NCBI GenBank assembly: GCA_022813865.1
Contig: JALDZX010000033.1
Coordinates: 1 to 64,000 of the forward strand
From: Xylographa opegraphella
Taxonomy: Eukaryota
Reading direction: 5' to 3'
DNA length: 64,000 bases
The position numbers and the translations under genes are program-made. Within the stretch, counting starts at the first letter, position 1; the number at the start of each line of letters is the position of its first letter. Positions 1 to 10,744 of the stretch are shown one piece after another. The notes under the pieces were generated by a model. It was not told the DNA's origin, did not search any database, and worked only from the letters and a program-made list of their open reading frames with translations.

Positions 1-98
1 AAATCGCTCACCTATAGCTGTGGTTCTAGGCCTGCTTTTCTGGTGAGATAACGAGCCGTAACAACGACTATCATGATTTCGCTTTGAATATTTTTTTA

Positions 99-188
99 GG
101 GTTAATAAATTTAATTTCATATTTTTCACATTGAACAATAATATTTCAAATGAATACTTATTTAATTTATATCAAATTTAATTAACCC
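99..188. repeat. AT-rich imperfect inverted repeat (MITE-like hairpin)
   Basis: Left arm GGGTTAATAAATTT (99-112) pairs with right arm AAATTTAATTAACCC (174-188) with one bulge. An inner pair CATTGAA/TTCAAATG is also present. The segment is far more AT-rich than the rest of the window. Confidence 0.4.
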
Positions 189-243
189 GCTTACGCTCAA
201 GGATATCAATCGTACTTTAAGAATAATTATACCCAGTCGAGCG

Positions 244-1890
244 TTATATCCATGTTCTCATTGACTGTCCACCTGGACCTCTTACCCGTGTAGTTTGACC
301 ACGATTTCTGCTGCCGCTTCGGCTTCGGCTTCGGCTACTTCTCCGTCTTTCTCCATCGCTCCTGCTCCGTCCTCCTGTAAGTTTTTCGCCAGTCTCACTA
401 CCCCCTTTGCCATGGCTTCTTAGCCACGATAGAGTGACAACCGCAATATATATCAAGAACACTACGCCAGCAATGACCCCATACGCTATTTCCCCTTTGA
501 CCGTGTTGCCTGATAACTGTAAACCCAAGCCACCATTGATGGCTCCAAGGATCAGAAGAGCTCGACCCCACCAAACATGAGCGTGCGCCCACAGGGTTTT
601 TCGCTGGGTTTTACGGTAAATGAAATGGTGTATAAGTCCGAGGAATGGTTGTAGAAACAAGCCGGAAATAACAGTGAGCCCGATGATCGGATGGGTGACG
701 TTCAACTAAGATAAGTAGATCAGCCTTTGCAACAGGAAGGAAAGTCAACCTCAAAGCTTGTGATATGTGTCGCCTAAAAGAATATGATTCACGTACCTCT
801 TGCTCCGTGACCGAAAGCCAGACTCCAATACCCATGCCCGCGATCGCGAATGCATATGCAAACAGCTGTAGTGAGGCGTGGATCCAAACTGTAGCTTTGA
901 CAGAAAGAAATCGGACAGTCAGTGCACCAAAGGGAAAGAAAATCCTGGAAGTATTAGCGGGTGCGGACAGAATGCAAGTGGAAGACATTACAAAAATGCA
1001 AGTGACATGATGATGCCGTGTGCCATCACTCTTATATGTTTAGTCTGTTTACTGCCATCATCACCATCGCCGCCATCACCAGAGCCACCGCTGAAACTCC
1101 CTCCATCTCCACCATCACCTCCGGACGAGCTGGACGGACTCCCGGTTGGGGAGCTTCCAGCAGAAGCAGTGGTGGTAACACCGTTGCTTGCGGCATTACT
1201 GACGAAAGGATTCAGAGAATTACCTCCAGCAGCTTTTGTCAAATCGAAGTTGAAGCTATTCATGGCGTCATGCTGTTGTAGATTTGCCGATGGAGAATTG
1301 GACGCGATGACCGACCCGCTTTTTACTGCCCAGATCCACGATGAAGAGGCATCCGAAAAACTCATGGAACCGCCGTTCCAAGACGCGCAGCTAGTGCCTG
1401 GGATAGAGCATCAGCAACTGCGTCTCCGATATTCGACAGGACTAAACCAGCGTGCTCTCACATCGTATGTTGGCCGTCATCACACCATTCGCGATTCCAG
1501 ACCCCTCCAATAAGGAGACTTGAGCTGCACTATTGAAGTCTGGTTGAAAGTTGCCGGCTCCGAGACGGGGAGACAAGGTGATGTTGTGTCCATCCGAGTT
1601 GCTATAGATGATGAACATGTTGGACCCTCTCATCTGGCCGCCCTGTCCAAGTCCGACCCATTGCATCGACGACGGTGCCTGTATCTGAATGAAAAAATCC
1701 CCACTTCCGCTGGAAGCACTGGCGGAAGGAACATTAACGCTGTAATGGACACCCGGTTGTGCGGTGTAGTTCTGCACTTGGGCACAGGCCAACCCTGCTA
1801 TTGAAATGTGAGCAAGCTGGATTCCACTGTGCCGTTTGTCCACAGCCTACCCAGTCCACATGCCAGACCTGCTGACAAGAAAAGCCTCAT
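244..1890 (-). CDS. DOMON (CDH-like cytochrome) domain plus cytochrome b561 transmembrane protein
   Basis: Spliced signal peptide MRLFLSAGLACGL|AGLACAQ (ATG at 1890). DOMON motifs WVGLGQGGQMRGSNMF, SPRLG, WIWA and QHD. A Gly/Ser/Asp linker follows, then b561-type His helices AHGIIMSLAF, WIHASLQ, HPIIG and HVWWGR. Several GT-AG introns. Confidence 0.85.
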
Positions 1891-3071
1891 TTTCAGAATT
1901 TACAGTCGGAGGAACGAAGACGAGGGATTCTCGAGTCGGTTCGATAAAGCAATGACGGCCAGGCAAGGTGAAGGGAATCCGTGAACCTTTTTGGGGAGTC
2001 CGCGTGGCCTTCGCTGAAGTGCGACGTTGGAGCTTTGGAAGGATAGGGGAAGGAAACGGCGACTCAAAAGCGGATGGAGATAAAGAAAGGACAGCTGGAA
2101 GTTGCGTCACAACTCGACCGCCGAACAGGGTGTTTCATTAGAGTGCAGGGCCAATGAAGCTGTCAAGCTCCGGCTCATTTGCCTTCTTGTTGACGTCTTG
2201 GCCGGACGCCCTCCAAGCCCCAGTCACCGAAGCTAAGGCCAAACCGTGCAGGACACCTTCTTTTGCGCTACAGTCGAGTCGCATCATCGAACGCCTTTTC
2301 ACCTGCTGTGGTGGGAATCAGAGCGTGGGAATCGGAGTGTGGCCATCTCACGTCGGGTGCGCACGAATCAGATGTGCAGGCAACTCCGACGGTATCGCAC
2401 ACATTCCCAGAATGCAACGATGTATCTGCAGCTTCGGCCACCGCCAGCACGACGAGGTCTCCGTCACTAGATAGAACTATCTAATGACGAAACAGCTGCG
2501 AATCATACGCCGGTGGTCAAACGTCCAGATTCGGTCGATATCAACGGCTGCCGGTAGTGCGAACTGGTGAGATCATGATGCGCCATTTGGCCCAGATCAG
2601 GAGCTGATCTTCCAGCTAATGTACAAAGCAGTAATCCCAGATCTTAGCGGCCGCAATCCTCGTTCAACCATCACAAGGTAAAGATACCTTAATCTACGCG
2701 TGTAAAACACTACTATCTCTGTGGTGTTGAATCACACCAAATCTACAGCTGCCAAGTGCGCTACAACTCGTAAATACTCCCCAGCGTCCAACCGGTCGGC
2801 TTGGAAGGTTCCAACGCGGCAATGATCCTCGCCAAGCTTAGGTAGGAAGTGCCTTTTCTCGGAGTGTGAGGTCACAGCTAATAAGTACTTCTAATTCGCC
2901 GACTGAATATTGTTCAAGCACATGTGGTGAATTGGGCGAGGGGGGGGCTCTGAGACTCGTACTTGAAGCTAGAGTACCTACTCCGCACCCAGCCCACAGC
3001 AGGTACCTTAGGTTACCCGTCCGTGCACTCTCCCCTCCACCTGATCCAAACAATGCACGACTCCCAAGTTT

Positions 3072-5148
3072 CTATGGCCCGTCATGCTTCTCCGTTTTCT
3101 CAAGGATGGTTCGGATCATCTCGTTGCCTACCCGTGTTGCTTCGGGGAAGCGCGGCGCGAAGTATGCTTGGACTTGTTCGAAGCGATCTTGGTACGAGGA
3201 AAAGTCCCCGAACGACACACAATCCGACCAGCCCTAATACTCAGATCCAGTATGGGTTAGCGGACACGAAGCATATATGAAACGTGCATCTAGGATAAGC
3301 AGATGGAACGGTTTCGAGTCCACAGGGCGGATGATATGCCTGTAACATAGAGTGTCGTGCATGCTACTGGAGAATTTGATTTGCAATGCAGGCAAATGCT
3401 AGAATGGAAGGCAGATGGCCACGTAGAGCGACCAACAAATTGAGAGAACAGCGAAGCAGCGCATACAACGCCGAAATGGACAGATACTCACACGTGCAGC
3501 GAACGTAAATTCCAAATCATCAGAGCGAAACGTGTCGTCCTCGATAGCTGTAGTAATGACTTCCTCAAGTAACAACGGTTTGCGGAAGAGATACTCCGTT
3601 ACGCCTAGCATAAGCCGGAACAACTGACAAAAGTGTAAGCGTCTGCTATCTAGCACTGTGTTGAACGTCCAGCCGGTCTGTAGTACGTGAATTGGGAAAA
3701 CCGCACTCACCGGCGTAGAGCAAATCATATGGTCATAGGGCACGATCCCCAGCTGCCACCAACAGTCGACCATGGCCAGCAAGCTGAGGTGATTGTTGGG
3801 TTGTTTCTGAGAAGGCACCTTGCCAAGAGAGAACCTGTCCAGCACTTCGTCTCGGAGCAGGAGCTCTTCGTGTTGTCTTTCGGCTTTGAACACCGCTGCC
3901 CCTGCCGTCTTGATGCGATGAGTGAGCTCCTCGCGGTGCCCTCCGAGCATGAGTTTGAACAATTCTGTTACCGACTGAGCATATTGTCGAATTTGCTGCT
4001 TCGCTGAAGGATTTAAAATCGCTAAACCGGCGTAGACGTGCCACTTGTTGGAATAAATGCGCAGCGTAACGTTGATCTTCACATTCTCAATACCACCGAC
4101 ATAACGATTGATCTCCCATGGAAATTGATTGTTTGCTTCCCATGCGGTTCCCATACTCAGAAAGGCGGCATGAGTGACTGCCTGTGTATCGGCGGTGATA
4201 CTATCGTGCTGCTCGGCAGTAAGATGGACATGCTTGGAACCGAAACACGATAGAATCTGCTCTACCAGATCCTGGCTTTTCTGTGAAGCGCGGTGCCGGA
4301 TGACGACGAGAGGTTGGCCACGAGGATCAACGTTCGGACCGTGTAGAGAATGACAAGAGACTATCTCAACATCTGACGGCAGATGCTTCTCGAAGGCAGC
4401 AATCTCGGGGGCCTTGCATGAGGTTTGACCTCCAACAATCGCACCTTGCTTCGTTGCTAACGTCGTCAGACCTGACCCATCTGAAGGTTGTAGGGCACTT
4501 ACAAGGTCCGTACTGGGCAACGACTTTATCAATGGCTTCGGCTTCTACGCTATAGATGATGTAGTCGCTCGATCTTGAGACCAGATGACCATTGGGATAT
4601 ATTGTTACATTGGCCTATCGAGCCTTAGCTACTTGCGTAATTACATATATTTGAACAGTGATACCAGCGGGGCGAACTGCTCCCTCAACGAGTCATACTT
4701 GTCAGGTCTATCACAGGCGTTGACTCTAATTGTCTCTCATGTCAACACGTCCTTTCGAGGGATTATAACTATACTGACACAGTCAGTTTCAACTTTCAAG
4801 ACTTTCATGCAGGAGGTTGGTCAGAGAAAGCGAGGTTCAGACAAGAAAAATTAAGGTAGCTGAGATTTTACATCAGTGACGACGTGCTCGCGCACCAAGA
4901 CTCCAAAATGGAGCAAGATGTGCGAACAGATCATGCTCGAGCCAAATGCACTCAAGTTCATCACAAACGGGTGAGACAGTATAGCAGCAAGGAAGTGCAG
5001 TACTTACAAATCTCCGCGGTCGGGTTTTTACTGTCCGGGTCGGATCAGATCAAGGGATGAATTACCTCCATCCAGCCTCACTGAGCCTTCTCGTATACAT
5101 CTTGCCCATATCCCCCATCCCAATGATCCCAACCGAGATGTGTTCCAT
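3072..5148 (-). CDS. TYR1: prephenate dehydrogenase (NADP+)
   Basis: Exon 1 MEHISVGIIGMGDMGKMY carries the Rossmann motif. Internal motifs VGGQTSCKAPEI, SCHSLHGP, HDSITADTQAVTH and RIYSNKWHVYAGLAILN. Last exon reads GWSDCVSFGDF...RFPEATRVGNEMI with stop at 3072-3074. The start codon is the least certain part. Confidence 0.93.
4833..4969 (-). ncRNA. snR13: intronic box C/D snoRNA, snR13 / U15 (SNORD15) family
   Basis: C box GTGATGA (4964-4958). Guide GCATTTGGCT, complementary to LSU rRNA AGCCAAAUGC, followed by an atypical D' (TCGA/CGAG). C'-like TGATGT. Second element GCTACCTTAA, complementary to rRNA UUAAGGUAGC. D box CTGA (4840-4837). This matches my recollection of yeast snR13 (UGAUGAA..UGAGUGCAUUUGGCUCGAG...GCUACCUU...UCUGA). 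Confidence 0.85.
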
Positions 5149-5298
5149 TTTCCACTCAGATGCGGCTCCGTGTGACAAGGACTTAACCTCCTGAAATCAA
5201 TGGTCGCGCTTCTACCTCAGGAAGGAGAACAGGTATTGCCGCAGCAGGTGTGGGTACATATCGAAGGAAAGGACCTTCATGAGTCGTCACCGTCTTGA

Positions 5299-5305
5299 TG
5301 AGTCA
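5299..5305. promoter_or_regulatory. Gcn4/CpcA-type element TGAGTCA upstream of TYR1
   Basis: Exact TGA(C/G)TCA match about 150 bp upstream of the TYR1 ATG. A second copy lies at 5748-5754 in the same divergent promoter. Confidence 0.4.
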
Positions 5306-5825
5306 GAGCACTAAGTAAGCTGAGTACTCCTGCGCAGCAGCAAGGTTAAAGAGCGGTGGTCGAAGAATGAAGCTGATGCAGCTGTGAATTTTCTGTGATC
5401 TCGGTTCGTGCCGCCATCAGTTTCTAGTCCCTGTCCGGCTTAGTGAGAGCGTTGTTGAAGGCTAATTCTAGCTTGGTTAGAGAAGGATTGACGACAATCG
5501 CCAAAGTCACGGAGTACGGGAGTAGTGCCCTCGGCCAGCCTCTTTGATTGTCTCCGCCTCCGCATGATACCATTCGCAACCAACCACACCCGCTGCTGAT
5601 CGATTCGCGGAGCCGTCACTGAACCCTTCGTGCGTATGGAATTCTGTACGATCTGCTGCAACCATTCCTCGTCGCTCGGAGCACCTATCTGGTGAAGCTT
5701 GTTGCTTATTCCTATCCAAAGGATTCCATAGCAACAATACCGCTGGGTGAGTCAATTGTCCTCGGTTGTTGCACATAAATGCCAGTTGAATTGGCTAACT
5801 CTTAAGCTCAGACAGCCCTGTACAC

Positions 5826-7301
5826 ATGGACGTGCTCTCTGAACAGCCACTTCCCAGAACTCCAACTCCAATCGCGAAGGTTATGGAACACATTGAGGGA
5901 CACATATCGAATGCGCCATACTATTCTCCACCTTCGAACCTTGCTGGAGACATGACACCACCGCCCTCGACACAGCCATTGAAAGCCATATACAAGACTT
6001 CATCTCATTTACTGCCAAAGGCTACAGAGAATACTTTCGCTTCGCCGCCGGCAACTTTCAAGTCCATGTCTCAATCGCATCAAGCCTCGAAATCTGGTAA
6101 TCTACCATCCTTAGACCAGATTCGCGACCTTCCAGAAGGGCAGCTCCGCGAGCTGGTATCTGAACTGCTCCCCGCTGTTAGTGAGGCTCGCATGGCTGCT
6201 GCGCATGCAAAGCTCCAACACAGCTTGTTGAGTATCGAGATTGCAGAACTCGCGCAAAGAGCAGCTGTAGAGCATGAGATCATGAGGCGGGAGCTAGAGG
6301 TACTGCAGGCGTCCAGTCCCATGCTTCAGAGTCGCACCGCTTTCACTACGAATACTCCTACCCAGGCTCAGATGCAAAGTGCCTTCGAAGCCGCTACCAA
6401 GCACAATCGCATCCTGGAGACGGACAATGCTTTGTTGAATCGCAGGCTGAAGCAAGCCAAGAGAGTAATCAAGCACCTCGATGCAAAGAACGTTCGGGTA
6501 GAGGAAGCGAACGAGTTCCTCAAACAGCGCATCAGGCAAAACCGCGAACACATTGATGCCATGCGCTTATCTGGAACGATCTCTCTTGACAATAACCCGC
6601 AATCCGCGTACGATGTCTCAGCACAACGGAACCAGTCCACCAATCCGGATGCAACTGCTCGCAATGGGAGTCAAGATCCATTCCATACATTGTTGTTCGC
6701 TGGTCAGGTCTTGAGTGGGGAAACCACCAGTGTTCCTTCAACGCCGACTCATCCTCGGGCAATGAAGACACTTCATGGTCATACACGCGGTGCACACTCG
6801 CTATCTTCTTTACCAATGACGCCGATTCGCTCAAGACCGATGACGGCAGATGAAACCATAAGCACACCATCAAATCAACTCGTCCCTTCCTACCACATCA
6901 GTGTTTCCGCCCCAAACACGCAGTTTGTCTCGTATGCCGATGCAAGCCGTCGTAGCGATCGCGACAGTACAATTTCAGCGTCAGACCAGGACGAGGCATA
7001 TACCGATGAAGATGTGCCAGCATCCCAAGCAAGTCAGGCAGCAACGAATATGCTTCTACAAAAACCAGGCACTTCTTCCGACAAGGTCTCGAGGCAGTCG
7101 GTCGCTGAAGATCGTGGTAGCAGCCAGAGTAAGATATCAGGGAAAATCTCCAAGCCAGGCTATGACGTGCTGAAATCTGGGAAGAAGCGTCCCGTTGTTA
7201 ACGAGCTAGTGGGCCAACCTAACAGTAAGAAGGCTAAGTTGCTAGCAACTGTCGAACAAACGGGATTAGGTATTGCAGTCTGGCCAAGTCCTGGCACTTG
7301 A
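5826..7301 (+). CDS. fungal hypothetical protein with central coiled coil and Ser/Pro/Thr-rich flanks
   Basis: Uninterrupted 491-aa ORF. Heptad-rich segment EARMAAAHAKLQHSLL...LKQRIRQNREH and basic NLS-like C-terminal patches. Confidence 0.8.
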   Translation: MDVLSEQPLPRTPTPIAKVMEHIEGHISNAPYYSPPSNLAGDMTPPPSTQPLKAIYKTSSHLLPKATENTFASPPATFKSMSQSHQASKSGNLPSLDQIRDLPEGQLRELVSELLPAVSEARMAAAHAKLQHSLLSIEIAELAQRAAVEHEIMRRELEVLQASSPMLQSRTAFTTNTPTQAQMQSAFEAATKHNRILETDNALLNRRLKQAKRVIKHLDAKNVRVEEANEFLKQRIRQNREHIDAMRLSGTISLDNNPQSAYDVSAQRNQSTNPDATARNGSQDPFHTLLFAGQVLSGETTSVPSTPTHPRAMKTLHGHTRGAHSLSSLPMTPIRSRPMTADETISTPSNQLVPSYHISVSAPNTQFVSYADASRRSDRDSTISASDQDEAYTDEDVPASQASQAATNMLLQKPGTSSDKVSRQSVAEDRGSSQSKISGKISKPGYDVLKSGKKRPVVNELVGQPNSKKAKLLATVEQTGLGIAVWPSPGT

Positions 7302-7713
7302 TCTTCAAATGTCTCGTTTTTTAATAGCCCAGTGGGTATACTGCAGCTTGCGAGAGCGTACACTGCTGTTGTGTCTCGTCCTGGATGGATTTTCGTGAGG
7401 TATTTGAGGTTCGAATCTCTTGAGTTAAGAGAAATACCTTTTCAAGGAGATGAGCTATGATTTGCTGATATTCACGGCATTTCTAGCCGGGGTTGATGTT
7501 TGCATGATGATGAACAGGTGATTTTGGAGAGATGTTGCTCCACAGTCTAGTGGCACGTCCATAGGATGGAGTATTCGTAGCATTTGCTTCTTGTACATAA
7601 TTGCTGGTTAAGCTGCACCAATTAGAGGCCACGAATGCCATACTTTGCAATTACTCCTGATTCCTAAGTATTAAAATATCGGAGATCCGAGCTACGCTTT
7701 AGATGGCCTAGCG

Positions 7714-7720
7714 TAGGGCT
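7714..7720. promoter_or_regulatory. possible ribosomal-protein promoter motif (TAGGGCT / AGCCCTA)
   Basis: Lies about 100 bp upstream of the RPL13 ATG. It resembles the GCCCTA/IFHL-type element I recall from filamentous-fungal RP promoters. The motif is short, so support is weak. Confidence 0.25.
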
Positions 7721-7817
7721 GCCTTCCGCACATTCCAGCTAAGCGAATCTCGCGATACAACATCGAGTAAGACAACTTTTCCGACCTTCAACTCCAACTT
7801 GATCGCCATTCGCCACC

Positions 7818-8774
7818 ATGGTAGGTTATTTCCTCTGCTTGGAAGTGCTCATAGCTTGTAATCAAGGAAGGCGATAGCCTAATGGTCGAGACATTGGCTG
7901 ACTCTCATGTCTACTACAGACGATCAAGCACAATCAGCAGATCCAGCACAATCGTGGGTCCTCAATGCTCCCGGCACCAAAAACCATACTTACGCACGAC
8001 AGATTTCCGGAAAGATTGGCAGCGTCGCGTGCGATGTCATTTCGACCAGGTATTCAACCTCTGCCACTGGAGTGCGCCCAAGGGCTCACTGAGGTTTCTT
8101 CACGAGCCACCATACTGACATTCGACATCATAGCCGGGTCGCAAACTTCGCCGTCGTACTGCCCGTCTCACTAAAGCTGCCGCGGTTGCCCCTAGACCAG
8201 TGGACAAGCTTCGGCCTGTTGTGCGATGCCCTTCAATTAAGTATAACCGACGTGTCCGGGCGGGGCGTGGTTTCTCTCTTGCCGAGCTAAAGGTACTAAT
8301 TAAATTATCAATATTCTTTATAGAGGGAACTACTAACTGGAGCTTCTCAATATGCAGGAAGCTGGTATCCCAAAGAAATATGCCCCAACCATAGGCATCT
8401 CCGTTGACCCTCGCCGTGCTAACCTTTCCACCGAATCCCTCGTCCTTAATGTTGAACGCCTAAAGGCCTACCAAGCACGTCTCATTATCTTCCCCCGCCG
8501 TGTTGGACAGCACAAGAAGACCGACTCGTCGAAGGAAGAGGTTAATGCTCATAAGGAAGAAGGCAAGGTTACGCGAAAGACTCACTCAGTCCTTCCTATC
8601 GTCAACGAGGCAAGGGAGAAGGCGATTGGAGAGATCAAGAAGAGCGAGATGGGTGAGGGTGAAAGTGCCGCATACCGAAAGCTTAGGGACGCTCGGAGTG
8701 AGGCGCGGTTGGTGGGTGTCAGAGAGAAGAGGGCTAAGGCCAAGGACGACGAAGCTACGGCTGCGAAGAAGTAG
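7818..8774 (+). CDS. RPL13: 60S ribosomal protein L13 (eL13)
   Basis: Spliced product [32 protein letters not shown]...[32 protein letters not shown]...[10 protein letters not shown]. Four introns. Confidence 0.97.
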
Positions 8775-9520
8775 AGATCTGATGTATTGTCATCACATGG
8801 CTTTATCCATTTGACGATGTTGCTTAGCGTAGTCCAATCAGGGCTATAACATCGACAAGAAGGCTTGAATCACGGAATTGAAAGGATCTGTTGTCCGTGT
8901 GCTGTCTTCAGTCTATTCAGGTGTATTCTGAATGTTCCAGTGAGCACAGCTCTACCTCAATCACCATTACTGCAGACATCGTTCAGGGGCCCAGACGACA
9001 TTTGGCTTAAATTTCTCGCCACCATTTTTGCTCCTCGGAGGCAACTGCCCTCGTATATCTGCGGCTATCATTAGGACCCTTTCTTCAAGCGTTCATGTCT
9101 CGATTCTAAAGTTTGCTGCAGCACCTACCGTACGGTCTACCATCGTCTGACGACCATTCGCCTAGCATTTTATTTTCAAAGCTGGGAAATCTGGATGAAG
9201 TCACGTGAACTTATGCATTCGAGCACACCGTAGTTTGGCATTTGTCATATTTTTGGTATGCACTGTTGTCAAAATCCATTCAGTATACATTCTGTTGTAC
9301 CTAGGTAAACCTATGCAGTTGCCCACGCGTATGAAAAACATCGAGGGGCAAATTAATGGTTCTCTTAGTGACACAACAGAGACTATTGGCATGACTTCGA
9401 GTGTGCCATTCGATCTACATATAGCAACATCTGCCATCAAAGTCAACCTCGACTTATGAGTTCTGGCTGCTTGCCATGCCCTTTGAACAGCTGGATGCTC
9501 GCGTCGATCTCTGTTTGCCG

Positions 9521-10744
9521 CTATACGATAAAGACGTTGGCCAGTTTCATCATTTCGGCTACAGCATCCTCCATCGACTTCCCCGCTTCAGTCTTATCTC
9601 TCTCGGTCAGCTTTGCGCATATCGTGCTATCCTTGCCCCGTGGTGGCAGTTGTGCAGCGCGTTTGCCGAATTTCTTTCCCAGCCGTCCTTCCCGGACGAG
9701 GTAGTCTCTGTGGTCAATGAGGTCTTTCTCAATACAGCCCAGAAGACTGTTCTCGTTCTCTTGTAGACTCGCTCGCGATAGTCCTAGAAACGCGCTGAAG
9801 TGTTTGAAACCCTCTTTCTTCAGCCACTTATTTGACGATTCGTTGAGTATAGTCGCAAATTCCTTATTGTGGTAGAAGACCGCGGCTTCGAGCCCCAAGA
9901 ACAAAACCGTCCCTTGAATATCTTTATCGTGTCGCACATTTTTGTCGAGCTCCCCTCGAAAATCCGTTTGGCTTGATCCCAAACGGACGTACCGCCATAA
10001 CATAATCCACACGCCAGGAGAAGAAATCATCCCAGGGGACAAGCGCTTCGTAATATCCATATTGAGCGCTCGTTGTGTCTAATGCGTAGGCTTGACCGCA
10101 TGGCAGCGTAATCTTCAAGAGATCGTGCTGATAGGTGCGAGAGTCGTTGACTTCAGATCCTAGAGGGCAGACGACCACCGTTTAACGTCGATAATTCTTT
10201 CCCTTGACGGAATATTCTTCCAGTCGCGCAGAATAACCCTACTCAGATTGGTCAGCTGAAAGCTCCGGGACCTTTTGAGATATTCGTTGAACACACTCTT
10301 TAGAGTCAGACTGATGAACTCGTGTATCCAGCCTAAAAACTCACTGCATGTCAGATGAGTCAGTATCGCCTGGCGGTCGAGTTCCGTCTTTACCAATGAT
10401 TTGGGAAATGGGATGAAGATATCGTCTCGAGCATAGCGACCCTTGGTCAAGAGCAACAGCCCGTTCTTCTCTTCGACCCTGATGAACAGCTTGTCAAAAA
10501 TGACTTCGCGGTAGATGAAGAAAGCCTTCTGGATTGTGTCTGAAGCTCGGTAGAGCGAGCGGCGCGTATTAGAAGCCCTGCAAAAGGGTTTATGAGCAAG
10601 CCAGTCAGCGACTTGACACTCCTTCGAGCAGTAGTGAACTGTTACAAGTCCCGGTGTGACAGCGTATGTCGGAGAAGCCTTGCAGCCGGTACATACCCTA
10701 CCTGCGGAGCTCTTGCAGCGAGCACACAACCCACTCTGCACCAT
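9521..10744 (-). pseudogene. MYND zinc-finger domain gene with premature stop and frameshift
   Basis: N-terminal CxxC..CxxC..YCSKECQVADWLAHKPFC. The downstream protein-like frame (HDLLKITL..YALDTTSAQYG..VPW) is preceded by an in-frame TAA at 10184-10182. It then shifts frame at the GGG run at 9980-9978 (RPFG to SSQTDFRGE). Confidence 0.65.

Noticed and set aside
878..1513. 211-aa Pro/Ser-rich plus-strand ORF
   Set aside because: It is the antisense shadow of the Gly/Ser linker exon of the DOMON-b561 gene.
7405..7421. GGTTCGAATC, tRNA T-loop/B-box-like word
   Set aside because: The T-stem does not pair properly, and no acceptor, D or anticodon arms can be built.
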